NCBI GenBank assembly: GCA_005888295.1
Contig: VAWP01000098.1
Coordinates: 2,747 to 66,746 of the forward strand
Source of the DNA: Actinomycetota bacterium
Lineage (GTDB): Bacteria; Actinomycetota; Acidimicrobiia; Acidimicrobiales; AC-9
Reading direction: 5' to 3'
Length of the DNA: 64,000 bases
Of the stretch, positions 19,608-28,258 are shown one piece after another. A program made the position numbers and the translations under genes. How positions within the stretch are numbered: the stretch's first letter is position 1; each line of letters starts with the position of its first letter. The notes under the pieces are model-generated. The model saw only the letters and a list, made by a program, of their open reading frames with translations, was not told the origin of the DNA and made no database searches.

Positions 19608-20309
19608 CTAGAACGACGGCGCCGGGCGGGCTGCCAGGTCGCCCACCATCTTCGCCCGTCGCATGGCGACCTCGAGCGGATGGCGCTCGTAGAAGCTGAG
19701 GATCTGCAGCTCGATGGAGAGGTCGACCTGCCGGAGGAGGACGTGATCGGGCGTGGTCAGCACGGCCGGTGCGAAGTTGAGCAGCGAGGTGATCCCGGCG
19801 GCCACCAGGCGGTCGGCCACCCCCTGAGCAGCCGATGCTGGTGTGGCGATGAGACCGATGGCCAGCTGCTCGCGCTCGACCAGCGCCGGCAGATCGTCGA
19901 CCGGGCTCACGACCAGTCCCCCGATCATCTGGCCCACCTTGGCCGGATCGGCGTCCACCAGGGTGGCCACCCGAAAGCCTCGGGACGAGAACCCTCGGTA
20001 GTTGGCCAGGGCCCGGCCGAGGTTCCCGACGCCGACGATCACGACCGGCCAGTCCTCGTTGAGGCCGAGCTCGTGACCGATCTGGGCCGTGAGCAGCTGC
20101 ACGTCGTAGCCAGCGCCCCGCGTGCCATAGGAGCCCAGATGGGAGAGGTCCTTCCGCACCTTGGCCGCGTTCTCACCCGCCATCTCCGCCAGCCCCTCGG
20201 AGGACACGGTGGGCGTCCCCTCCTCGGCCAGCTCGAGCAGAGCCCGCCAGTAGACAGGGAGCCGTGCGACCGTCGCCTCCGGGATACGCCGGAGCCGTCC
20301 ATCGGCCAT
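19608..20309 (-). CDS. rex: Redox-sensing transcriptional repressor Rex
   Basis: ATG at 20309: MADGRLRRIPEATVARLPVYWRALLELAEEG...SSEGLAEMAG...VVIVGVGNLGRALANY...; heads the hem gene string as in Streptomyces rex-hemACD. Confidence 0.85.
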   Translation of the reverse strand: MADGRLRRIPEATVARLPVYWRALLELAEEGTPTVSSEGLAEMAGENAAKVRKDLSHLGSYGTRGAGYDVQLLTAQIGHELGLNEDWPVVIVGVGNLGRALANYRGFSSRGFRVATLVDADPAKVGQMIGGLVVSPVDDLPALVEREQLAIGLIATPASAAQGVADRLVAAGITSLLNFAPAVLTTPDHVLLRQVDLSIELQILSFYERHPLEVAMRRAKMVGDLAARPAPSF

Positions 20310-20329
20310 GACGAAAGCGTACCCGGGTG

Positions 20330-21783
20330 CTAGTGCAACGCCCGGCGCAGGAGCTTGCCCGTGCGGCCGTGGGGAAGCGACGTGGCGAAGGTCACCTGGG
20401 TGGGGCACTTGTAGCGGGCCAGCCGCTCGGCGCAGTAGTCGATGACCTCGGAGGCGTCGAGGCGCGCGCCCGGCTCGAGGACGACGATGGCCTTGACGGT
20501 CTCGCCCGAGGACGGATGGGGCACACCCACGGCCGCCGCCTCGGCGATGGCGGGATGCCTCATGAGCGTCTCCTCGACCTCGGCCGGGTACACGTTGAAG
20601 CCGAGGACGAGGATCAGGTCCTTGGCCCGGTCGACGATGTGCAGGTAGCCGTCCTCGTCCGCCACGGCCACGTCCCCCGTTCGCAGCCACCCGTCGGGCG
20701 TGAGGACGCGGGCTGTGCTCGCCGGGTCGTTCCAGTACCCGGCGAACACGTTCGGTCCCTTCACCCAGATCTCGCCGGCGTCACCGAGGAGGGTCTCCTG
20801 GCCGTTGCTGTCGACCAGGCGAAGCTCCACGCCGGGCAACGGACCGCCGATGGCGCCGGGCCGGGGTCGTCCGAGCATCAGCGACGACGTCACGATCGGG
20901 GCCGCCTCGGTGAGCCCGTAACCCTCCCAGAGCGGCACACCGAAGCGATCCTCCATGGCCTGCCCCACCTCCGCAGGTAGGGGCGAGGCACCCGACACGG
21001 CCAGGCGCACCGACCGCAGCTCGTCTCCCTTGGCGCCATCGACCGCCGCCCAAGCTGCGTACATGTGTGGCGTGCCGGCCACGATTGTCACGCCGCGCTC
21101 GGCGATCAGGGACAAGGTGGCGTCGGCGTCGAAGCGCTCGACCAGCACCAGGCTCGCCCCGGCCAGCAGGGGAAGACCGAGGACGACGTTGAGCCCGAAG
21201 ATGTGGAAGAACGGGATGATGGCGATCCCGACGTCCTCCGCGTGCATCACCTGACCGGCGAACGCCTGCACCTGCTCCAGGTTGGCCACCAGGTTCCCGT
21301 GCGTCAGCATGGCCGGCTTGGGATCACCGCCGGTCCCGGCCGTGAACATGAGGACGGCGAGGTTGGCGTCGGCGCGGGCGACCGTGTCGGCAGGGGGCCC
21401 CTCGACGAGCTCCCCGTACTCCTCGGCCCCCTCGACGCGGCTGCCTTCTGCCGCCACGACCGAGACGAGCCCGACGGCGTTGCGGTCGAGCGCGGCGACG
21501 GCGTCCGCCCCTCGCGCTCGATGGCGGCGAGCGGGTAGGCGGGGTCGATCGGCACGGCGACGGCGCCGACGCCGAGGATGGCGAGGTAGGCCACGACGAA
21601 GGCGGGCGTGTTGGCACAGATGATGGCGACGCGGTCACCCGGGTGCACGCCCAGACGGGCCAGGCCTCCCCGCATCCCCGCCACCTGACGGCGGAGCTCG
21701 CCGTAGGTCGTGACGACACCTTCGTCGCTCAGCAGGGCCGGCGCGTCGGCGGGATGTGGATCGATGATGGTGGCCAGGTTCAC
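20330..21783 (-). pseudogene. AMP-dependent acyl-CoA synthetase/ligase (FadD-like), single-nt frameshift near 21505-21512
   Basis: N-terminal ORF 21304-21783 (...TYGELRRQVAGMRGGLARLGVHPGDRVAI...VPIDPAYPLAAIERE) and C-terminal ORF 20330-21457 (...LMFTAGTGGDPKPAMLTHGNL...WLRTGDVAV...GKLLRRAL) join across a C4/G4 run; span 1454 nt. Confidence 0.75.
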
Positions 21784-21792
21784 CGTCGACTT

Positions 21793-22632
21793 CTACCCAC
21801 GTTTCGCGTCCAGCCTGTCGAGGACGACCTCGTCGCCGGCCGCCAGCCCCAGCTCGCCAGCAGCCGACCGGCGATCGAGGGCCACGGCGATCATGCCCGA
21901 GGAGTCGACCACCAGCCCCACCTGGTCCGGCCCGATGTCGGCGAAGGAAGCGACCCGGCGAGCGACCACCTCGCCGCTCGGGAGGATCAGACGCACGAGC
22001 TCGCCCAGGTCGGCAGCGTCCTCGGGCCGCGCCGCGAGCTGCGCGTTCCCGAACCGGTCGATCCAGAGGACCTCGGCGGCCACGCCCGTCTCCTTGTGCA
22101 CGAGCGACGGTCGGGGCCCGGGCACGAGGCTGGCGGTATCGATCAGCGGACCGAGGTCCGCCAGGTCGGCCCCGGTGCACAGGCGGGCGGCAGCTGGCGC
22201 GAAGAGATCTCGACCGTCGAAGGTGGCACCGGTGGGAGGCCCGACGACAGAGCGTCGGCGATCGCCCAGCGACACGGCCCGGCCCCTCTCACCGAGCGCG
22301 TCCAGGGCCGGGGCCAGGACCCCGTTGTCCGGACCGACGAACACCCAGCGCGGGTCGTGCTCCACCTCCACGGCGACGGCCCGGCGGGTCGTGCCCACGC
22401 CGGGGTCCACCACGGCCAGGACCACACCGGGCACGAGGTACGGGGCGGCGCGCTGCAGCGTCAGGGCTCCTGCCCTCACGTCGTGGGGCGGCAGCTGGTG
22501 GGTGATGTCGATCACGACAGCATGACGAGCGAGCTGGCGAAGCACGGACTTCACGACGCCGACGAACTCGTCGTCGGTGCCGTAGTCGGAGAGAAACGAG
22601 ATCGTGTCCCGGTTCCTTCGCCGAGCTGACAC
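21793..22632 (-). CDS. SAM hydrolase / SAM hydroxide adenosyltransferase family protein (DUF62)
   Basis: 279-aa ORF, ISFLSDYGTDDEFVGVVKSVL...VVIDITHQLPPHDVRAGALTL...LAVVDPGVGTTRRAVAVE. Confidence 0.8.
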   Translation of the reverse strand: MSARRRNRDTISFLSDYGTDDEFVGVVKSVLRQLARHAVVIDITHQLPPHDVRAGALTLQRAAPYLVPGVVLAVVDPGVGTTRRAVAVEVEHDPRWVFVGPDNGVLAPALDALGERGRAVSLGDRRRSVVGPPTGATFDGRDLFAPAAARLCTGADLADLGPLIDTASLVPGPRPSLVHKETGVAAEVLWIDRFGNAQLAARPEDAADLGELVRLILPSGEVVARRVASFADIGPDQVGLVVDSSGMIAVALDRRSAAGELGLAAGDEVVLDRLDAKRG

Positions 22633-22688
22633 CGGCGCCAGCCTGTCAGCTCCGGCCGCAGGTGGCGTGATCCCGGACGGGTGAGCGG

Positions 22689-22895
22689 TCAGCCAGCCTC
22701 GGTGTATCGGTCGGTGAGGTACTTGTCGACGTCGTCCTCACGGAGCCGGTAGGACTTCCCGATGCGCACGGCCGGCAGCTCGCCGGCGTTGATCAGCCGG
22801 TACACGGTCATGCTGGAGACCCGCAGGAGGCTGGCCACCTCGGCCACGGTGAGGAACCGGGCCGTCGCATACTGTGCCTTGGTCAGCGGAATCAC
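22689..22895 (-). CDS. Small excisionase/MerR-like helix-turn-helix DNA-binding protein
   Basis: GTG start preceded by GGAGAGGGG: VIPLTKAQYATARFLTVAEVASLLRVSSMTVYRLINAGELPAVRIGKSYRLREDDVDKYL; sits next to proC as in other actinobacteria (from memory). Confidence 0.7.
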   Translation of the reverse strand: MIPLTKAQYATARFLTVAEVASLLRVSSMTVYRLINAGELPAVRIGKSYRLREDDVDKYLTDRYTEAG

Positions 22896-22948
22896 CCCTC
22901 TCCACCCAGGAGCGACTGTACGCCACGGGGCCCGATTGCTCCACCTGG

Positions 22949-23746
22949 TCAGTGCAGGCCGAGCTGGTGGGCCCGGTCGGTGGCGGCGGCGACCGCCTCC
23001 AGCACGGCCCCTCGCACCGCCCGCGACTCGAGGACGGCCAGTCCCGCTGCCGTCGTTCCTCCCGGCGAGACCACGGCGCTGCGCAGAGATTCCGGCCGTT
23101 CTCCGGTCTCCTGCAGGAGCCGGGCCGAGCCGAGCACGGTCTGGACGACGAGGTCCCGGCTCAGGTCCCACGTCAGCCCGTTGAGCACGCCCGCCTCCAC
23201 CAGCGCCTCCACCACGAGGTACACGTAGGCCGGACCCGAACCCGACAGCCCGGTGACGGCGTCGAGCAGGTGCTCGGGTACCCGCACGACCCGACCGACC
23301 GATCCGAGGACGTGCTCGGCCCAGCCCACGTCTGCCTCGCCGGCGTGGTGACCGGCGGCGATGGCGGTGGCCCCCGCCCCGACGAGGGCAGGGGTGTTCG
23401 GCACGGCTCGCACCACCGCGGCTCCACCGCCCAGCCAGTCCTCGAGCCGCTCGATGGCGACGCCCGTGACGATCGAGACGAGCCGCTCGGCGCCGACCTC
23501 GGCCACCTGCCGACACGCCGCTTCGGCGTCGTCGGGCTTGACGGCCAGCACCGTGCCGTCCGCAGCCACCGGCGCGGCATCGACGACGACGCCGGGGTGC
23601 CGGTCGACGAGCGCCGAGCGAACACCCGGGAGCTTCTCGCTCACCGCCAGCTCGGACGCCTCGGCCCACTCCGTGGCGAGCAGCCCACCGAGCAGGGCCT
23701 CGCCCATCCGGCCTCCGCCGACGATCACCAGACGCGGCCTCGACAT
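22949..23746 (-). CDS. proC: Pyrroline-5-carboxylate reductase
   Basis: 265-aa ORF, RPRLVIVGGGRMGEALLGGLL...RAVPNTPALVGAGATAI...GSGPAYVYLVVEAL...SPGGTTAAGL. Confidence 0.9.
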   Translation of the reverse strand: MSRPRLVIVGGGRMGEALLGGLLATEWAEASELAVSEKLPGVRSALVDRHPGVVVDAAPVAADGTVLAVKPDDAEAACRQVAEVGAERLVSIVTGVAIERLEDWLGGGAAVVRAVPNTPALVGAGATAIAAGHHAGEADVGWAEHVLGSVGRVVRVPEHLLDAVTGLSGSGPAYVYLVVEALVEAGVLNGLTWDLSRDLVVQTVLGSARLLQETGERPESLRSAVVSPGGTTAAGLAVLESRAVRGAVLEAVAAATDRAHQLGLH

Positions 23747-23900
23747 CGGGCGGAGGCTACGCCATCGGTCGGCGGGCCCGGCGCGAAACGGGCCCGAGGA
23801 ACCTCACGACAACTCCCGCACTTCCCCGAACGAAAGTCGCCGCTCCGCCCCTCGGGCCTCGCCCACGCACGCTAGCACGCGCCTGTCTCAACGGCTCCGG

Positions 23901-24383
23901 TCATGGTTGCCAACCGCGCCGAGGGCGGCGGAAGCGGCTGGCGTAGCCGATCGACATCGCCGTCGGGAAGCACTCCTCGGTGTACGCGTAGGCCGACCCC
24001 ACGATGTGGTCCAGCGCGGTGTCGCTCACCTCGCCGACGGGGGTCTGCCCGACGAGGTACACCGCGTCCTCCGCACCGAGCGCGAAGCGTGTGCCGATGA
24101 GGCTGGCATTGCGGCGCAGCAGGTACTCGTAGCAGGCCTCGACGTTCTCCTCGGGAGCGGGCATCACCTGGGTCTCGTGGTGCAGGCTGCGTTCGCGCAG
24201 GGTGAGCCAGACGGTGATGACGGCTTTCTCCTCTCCCCGCATGCGGGCGTACCACCGGCGAGCCTCCGGATCGTGGTCCACGGCCACGAGCATTCCGTCA
24301 GCCTTCAGCTGGCGCTCGGCCCAGTCGCTGATGCGGGCGGCGACCGCGTCCAGCTCCCGAGCCGACGCCGCGCCCGCGCCCAT
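23901..24383 (-). CDS. YbjN-like conserved hypothetical protein
   Basis: 160-aa ORF; its ATG directly abuts the stop of the mshA-like C-terminal frame (TAGATG); family assignment from general resemblance only. Confidence 0.55.
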   Translation of the reverse strand: MGAGAASARELDAVAARISDWAERQLKADGMLVAVDHDPEARRWYARMRGEEKAVITVWLTLRERSLHHETQVMPAPEENVEACYEYLLRRNASLIGTRFALGAEDAVYLVGQTPVGEVSDTALDHIVGSAYAYTEECFPTAMSIGYASRFRRPRRGWQP

Positions 24384-25494
24384 CTACAGGCAGTCCACCA
24401 GCTGGCGGTCGGTGAGCTCGGCGTAGAGGCTCTCCGGCCAACGCGGGGTCGTCCAGCAGGGCGGCGACGTAGGCGGCGAAGGCCACCGGGTCGCGGTCCT
24501 CGACGAGGAAACCGGTACGACCCTGGTCGACCAGGGTACGCAGCCCTCCCACGGCCGACGCCACGACCGGCGTGCCACAGGCGGCGGCTTCCAGGGCCAC
24601 CAGCCCGAAGGACTCCGAGCGGCTGGGCACGAGGCAGACGTCGGCCGAGCGGTAGTACGTCGACAGCATCTCGTGGCGCTGGGGCGGAACGAAGCGAACG
24701 CGGCCGTCGAGTCCGAGCTGGCGGACGAGGGTGTGCAGCCTGCTCAGCTCGGCCTGTCCTCGCGGGCCGCTGGGGCCCCCGACCACGACGAGGACGGCAT
24801 CGCGCCCGGGCTCGAGGCGGGCGAGCGCCTCCACGGCGACGCTCGCTCCTTTCAACGGCTGGATGCGCCCGGCGAACAACAGGACGGGCCCACTCTCGGG
24901 AAGGCCCAGCGCCCGGCGGGCCTGGGGGCGATAGCCGGGCGAGAAGAAGGCGTGGTCCACACCCGGGGCCACGATCTCGATCCGTGACGGCTCGCCTCCG
25001 TACAGCTCGGAGATCTGGGCCGCCTCGACCGAGCACGAGGCCAGCACGGCGTCGGAGCAGCCGATCACGCGCGCCTCGGCCTCGGCCCGGCGGGCGGGCT
25101 CGGCCGCGCCCACGTCCTCGGGGCTGGCCTCGGCCCTCACCCGGTCGAGCGTGTGGAAGGTGGACACCAACGGCAGGCCGAGCTCGTGCTTGAGAACGTG
25201 GCCGGCCATCCCCGACAGCCAGTAGTTGGCGTGGATGGCGTCGGGACGACCCTCCGACCCGGCCGATGCGCCGTTCATCCGGGCGAGCACACCCTCGGTG
25301 AACTCCTCGACCACGCCGGGGAGGGCCTCCTTGGGCAGGTGAGCCAGAGGGCCGGCGGGCACGTGGTGGACCCGCAGGCCGGGCTCGACGGGGACCGTCG
25401 CCGGCAACGTGTCCGACCAGGCCCGCGTGTAGACGTCGCACGCCACGCCCGTCCGCGCCAGGGCAGCCGAGAGCTCGCGCACGTACACGTTCAT
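24384..25494 (-). pseudogene. mshA: GT4 glycosyltransferase, MshA-like (D-inositol-3-phosphate glycosyltransferase), apparently 5'-truncated and frameshifted near 24430-24445
   Basis: ORF starts at the MNVYVRELS motif with an in-frame TGA 4 codons upstream. The body is a typical GT-B fold (...GRIQPLKG...PSRSESFGLVALEAAACGTPVVA...). The frame leaves ...LLDDPALAG, and another frame ends ...SLYAELTDRQLVDCL* exactly at the next gene's ATG. Confidence 0.7.
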
Positions 25495-25511
25495 CCCGCC
25501 GCCGTCTCACC

Positions 25512-25919
25512 CTAGCGGCGCGGTGGCCCGCCGCCCCGCCCGATGGGTCCGGCCCGCCCGCTCGGCCCGTAGCGGTAGATCGCCCGTCCCAGCACCGTTC
25601 TCGTGGGGACGGGGCCGAAGCTGCGGCTGTCGGTGCTGGCCGATGGATCGTCACCGAGCACCGTCAGCTTGGCCTCGTCCACCAGGCCGACCCGCTTGAC
25701 CAGGGTCCGCGCCGGCTCCCGGGGATCGGGCAGGGCCACCAGGTCCCCGGCGCGGATCCGACGCCCGGCGAGGACCAGCAGACGGTCGCCGGGCTCCAGC
25801 GTCGGCCGCATGCTGGCGCCCGTGACCTCCACCCGCCGCACCGAACGCAGTGCGACGGCACCGGCGACGACGGTCGCCACCGCCGCCGTCGCCCTGGCGG
25901 CCAGCCTCCCCCAGGTCAC
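25512..25919 (-). CDS. sodX: Ni-SOD maturation protease (S26 signal-peptidase-like, SodX)
   Basis: ...VEVTGASMRPTLEPGDRLLVL...GDLVALPDP...LVKRV...GDDPSASTDSRSFGPVP; divergent from sodN; GTG 25919 chosen over TTG 26000, which would overlap the sodN RBS. Confidence 0.75.
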   Translation of the reverse strand: MTWGRLAARATAAVATVVAGAVALRSVRRVEVTGASMRPTLEPGDRLLVLAGRRIRAGDLVALPDPREPARTLVKRVGLVDEAKLTVLGDDPSASTDSRSFGPVPTRTVLGRAIYRYGPSGRAGPIGRGGGPPRR

Positions 25920-26011
25920 GGTGTTTTCCTCGGCGGGGCCGGCGGTAGGGTAACCACGTGCGGATTTGGAGTCATCGAGCCCACCGAGCGTCTCTCCCAA
26001 GGAGCTTCCTC

Positions 26012-26431
26012 ATGCGAATCGCCTCCCGTCTTCTGGCCCTCGTCGACCGCATCTCGGCCCCCGAGCCGGTCCACGCCCACTGCGACCTGCCGTGTGGCGT
26101 CTACGACCCGGCCCAGGCGCGCATCGAGGCCGACTCCGTGAAGGCGTGCATGGAGAAGTTCAACGCCTCCGACGACAACGTCTTCAAGACCCGCGCCGTC
26201 ACCATCAAGGAGCAGCGGGCGGAGCTGGTCAAGCACCATCTCTGGGTGCTGTGGACCGATTACTTCAAGCCGCCCCACCTGGAGAAGTACCCGCAGCTGC
26301 ACGAGCTGTTCTGGAAGGCGACCAAGGCGGCCGGCGCCTCCAAGGCGACGAGCGACGAGAAGGTGGCCCAGGATCTGCTCGACCAGATCGGCGAGATCGA
26401 CAAGATCTTCTGGGAGACCAAGAAGGGCTGA
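26012..26431 (+). CDS. sodN: Nickel-containing superoxide dismutase
   Basis: AAGGAG 7 nt upstream of the ATG; MRIASRLLALVDRISAPEPVHA followed by the Ni-hook HCDLPCGVYDP. Confidence 0.9.
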   Translation: MRIASRLLALVDRISAPEPVHAHCDLPCGVYDPAQARIEADSVKACMEKFNASDDNVFKTRAVTIKEQRAELVKHHLWVLWTDYFKPPHLEKYPQLHELFWKATKAAGASKATSDEKVAQDLLDQIGEIDKIFWETKKG

Positions 26432-26447
26432 CGGCCACCCGACCTGA

Positions 26448-26693
26448 TCAGGCGGCCCCACCCGACACGGGAGGCAGCACGGCGACCTCGTCGGTCGCCG
26501 AGAGCTGGCGGTCGTCGTGGGCAGGCTGTCCGTTGACCCACACGCGGCTCGTGGCCAGCACCCGGACGAAATCGTCGCCGAACCGCTCACGGGCCTCGGC
26601 CAGCACCTCGGAGACCGTGCGCCCGCTCATCTCGGCGCGGCCCGTGCCGGCCGCTTCTCTCGCCGCCGCGAACAGACGGAGCGCGACCATCAC
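26448..26693 (-). CDS. MoaD/ThiS-family sulfur-carrier-like protein ending GGAA
   Basis: 81-aa ORF, beta-grasp-like ...VWVNGQPAHDDRQLSATDEVAVLPPVSGGAA*. Confidence 0.65.
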   Translation of the reverse strand: MMVALRLFAAAREAAGTGRAEMSGRTVSEVLAEARERFGDDFVRVLATSRVWVNGQPAHDDRQLSATDEVAVLPPVSGGAA

Positions 26694-26723
26694 CGTCGCG
26701 CAGCGGCCAGCACCGGCCGGCCC

Positions 26724-27566
26724 TCAGGCGCCGACCTCGGCGCGACCGTGGGTGATCACCCGATCGCCACGGCTGGTGGCCTCGAAGGCGTAGACCCGCC
26801 GATCGTCGGCGGTGCCGGCGTCATAGACCGTCGTCGTCACGTCGTCGCCGGGAAAGACGTTGCCCGCGAAGCGCACGGCGAGCCGCCGCACGCGACTCGG
26901 GTCCCCGTCGGCCCCCAGCTTGACTACGGCCTGGCTGGTCATGGCCATGGTGCACAACCCGTGGGCGATGATGCCCGGCAGGCCCACGCTCTTGGCGAAC
27001 GCGTCGTCGACGTGGATAGGCATCATGTCCCCCGACGCGTCCCGGTACCGGAACGTCTGGTCCTCGTCGACGTGCACGGTGTGCTCACCGACAGGCGACG
27101 ATCGTGCGTCGCGAGGAAAGGTGTGGTCGGGCTTGTCCGGGCCACCGCTCTCCCCGTCGGTCATACCGCGAACGAACATCGTGACGTACTGGTCGAGCAC
27201 CGGCTGGCCACCGGGTGTCGTGCTCACCACCTTTATGGCGTACCGCGTCCCCGACTTGACGACGCGGATGCTGTACGCCTCGGCGCGGGTGGTGATCTCG
27301 AGGCCCGGCACGAGCGGTTGGTGGAAGTGCATGTCCTGCTCACCGTGCACGATCATCATCACCGCCTCCGAGGGGACGATGGTCGCCGCCAGCCCCATGG
27401 CCTCCCAGGTGGGCACCACTCCGAACACCGGCGGCGCGTACTTGCCGGAGGTGTAGGCGGGGTTGTCGTCGTTGGTCGCGGCGGCGTACGCCTTGGCGCG
27501 TTCGCCGTCGATGACCGCGGTGCGCTCCTCGAAGACGGTCCCCAGCTTGTCCAGCGGCAGCGCCAT
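26724..27566 (-). CDS. Double hot-dog MaoC-like (R)-hydratase/dehydratase
   Basis: GGAGGA 8 nt upstream of the ATG at 27566; MALPLDKLGTVFEERTAVIDGERAKAYAAATNDDNPAY... and a C-terminal MaoC-like half ...DASGDMMPIHVDDAFAKSVGLPGIIAHGL. Confidence 0.75.
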   Translation of the reverse strand: MALPLDKLGTVFEERTAVIDGERAKAYAAATNDDNPAYTSGKYAPPVFGVVPTWEAMGLAATIVPSEAVMMIVHGEQDMHFHQPLVPGLEITTRAEAYSIRVVKSGTRYAIKVVSTTPGGQPVLDQYVTMFVRGMTDGESGGPDKPDHTFPRDARSSPVGEHTVHVDEDQTFRYRDASGDMMPIHVDDAFAKSVGLPGIIAHGLCTMAMTSQAVVKLGADGDPSRVRRLAVRFAGNVFPGDDVTTTVYDAGTADDRRVYAFEATSRGDRVITHGRAEVGA

Positions 27567-27682
27567 CGTTGGTGTCCTCCCACGCTCGGTGCTCGTCACG
27601 ACGGTCGAGGACCGGCCCCGACGGCGCGAGGCTACCGGGCCATCGCCCCCGCCGGCCCGTTGGGAGCGGTAGGTTCCCCGCC

Positions 27683-28258
27683 GTGGAGGTGGAGGTCGTT
27701 CGCAGCCCCCGGCGCCGGCGCACGGTGCAGGCCCGTCAGGTGGGTGACGTGCTGCGGGTGTCGATCCCCTCCACGATGACCAAGGCCGAGGAAGAGCGCT
27801 GGGTCGCCGAGATGGTCGGTCGCATGGGGCGCAAGGCGGTGGCCGAGAGCGTCGATCTCCAGCGCCGGGCCCAGACCCTCGCCGCCCGCTACCGGCTGCC
27901 TCCGGCCCGCAGCGTCCGCTGGGTGGACAACCAGCAGTGGCGGTGGGGATCCTGCACCCCGGCGGACGGCTCGGTCCGCATCTCGACCCGTCTGGCCGGC
28001 CTGCCCGGCTGGGTGCTCGACTACGTCGTCGTCCACGAGCTCGCCCACCTGGAGATCCCTCACCACAACCGGGACTTCTGGGCCATCGTGAGCCGCTACC
28101 CCCGGTCCGAGCGGGCGCGGGGCTACCTCATGGCCAAGGGGATGGACGACCTCGACGCGCCAGGTGATGTCGAGCCGCCCGCCTCGGCGCCCACCCCCTC
28201 GCCCCGCCGGCGCCGTGGTTCTGATCCGGGCCCCGCGCAGGGACAGCTGCCGTGGTGA
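27683..28258 (+). CDS. YgjP/DUF45-type zinc metallopeptidase-like protein
   Basis: ...RWVDNQQWRWGSCTPADGSVRISTRLAGLPGWVLDYVVVHELAHLEIPHHNRDFW (HExxH); start uncertain (GTG 27683). Confidence 0.7.
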   Translation: MEVEVVRSPRRRRTVQARQVGDVLRVSIPSTMTKAEEERWVAEMVGRMGRKAVAESVDLQRRAQTLAARYRLPPARSVRWVDNQQWRWGSCTPADGSVRISTRLAGLPGWVLDYVVVHELAHLEIPHHNRDFWAIVSRYPRSERARGYLMAKGMDDLDAPGDVEPPASAPTPSPRRRRGSDPGPAQGQLPW

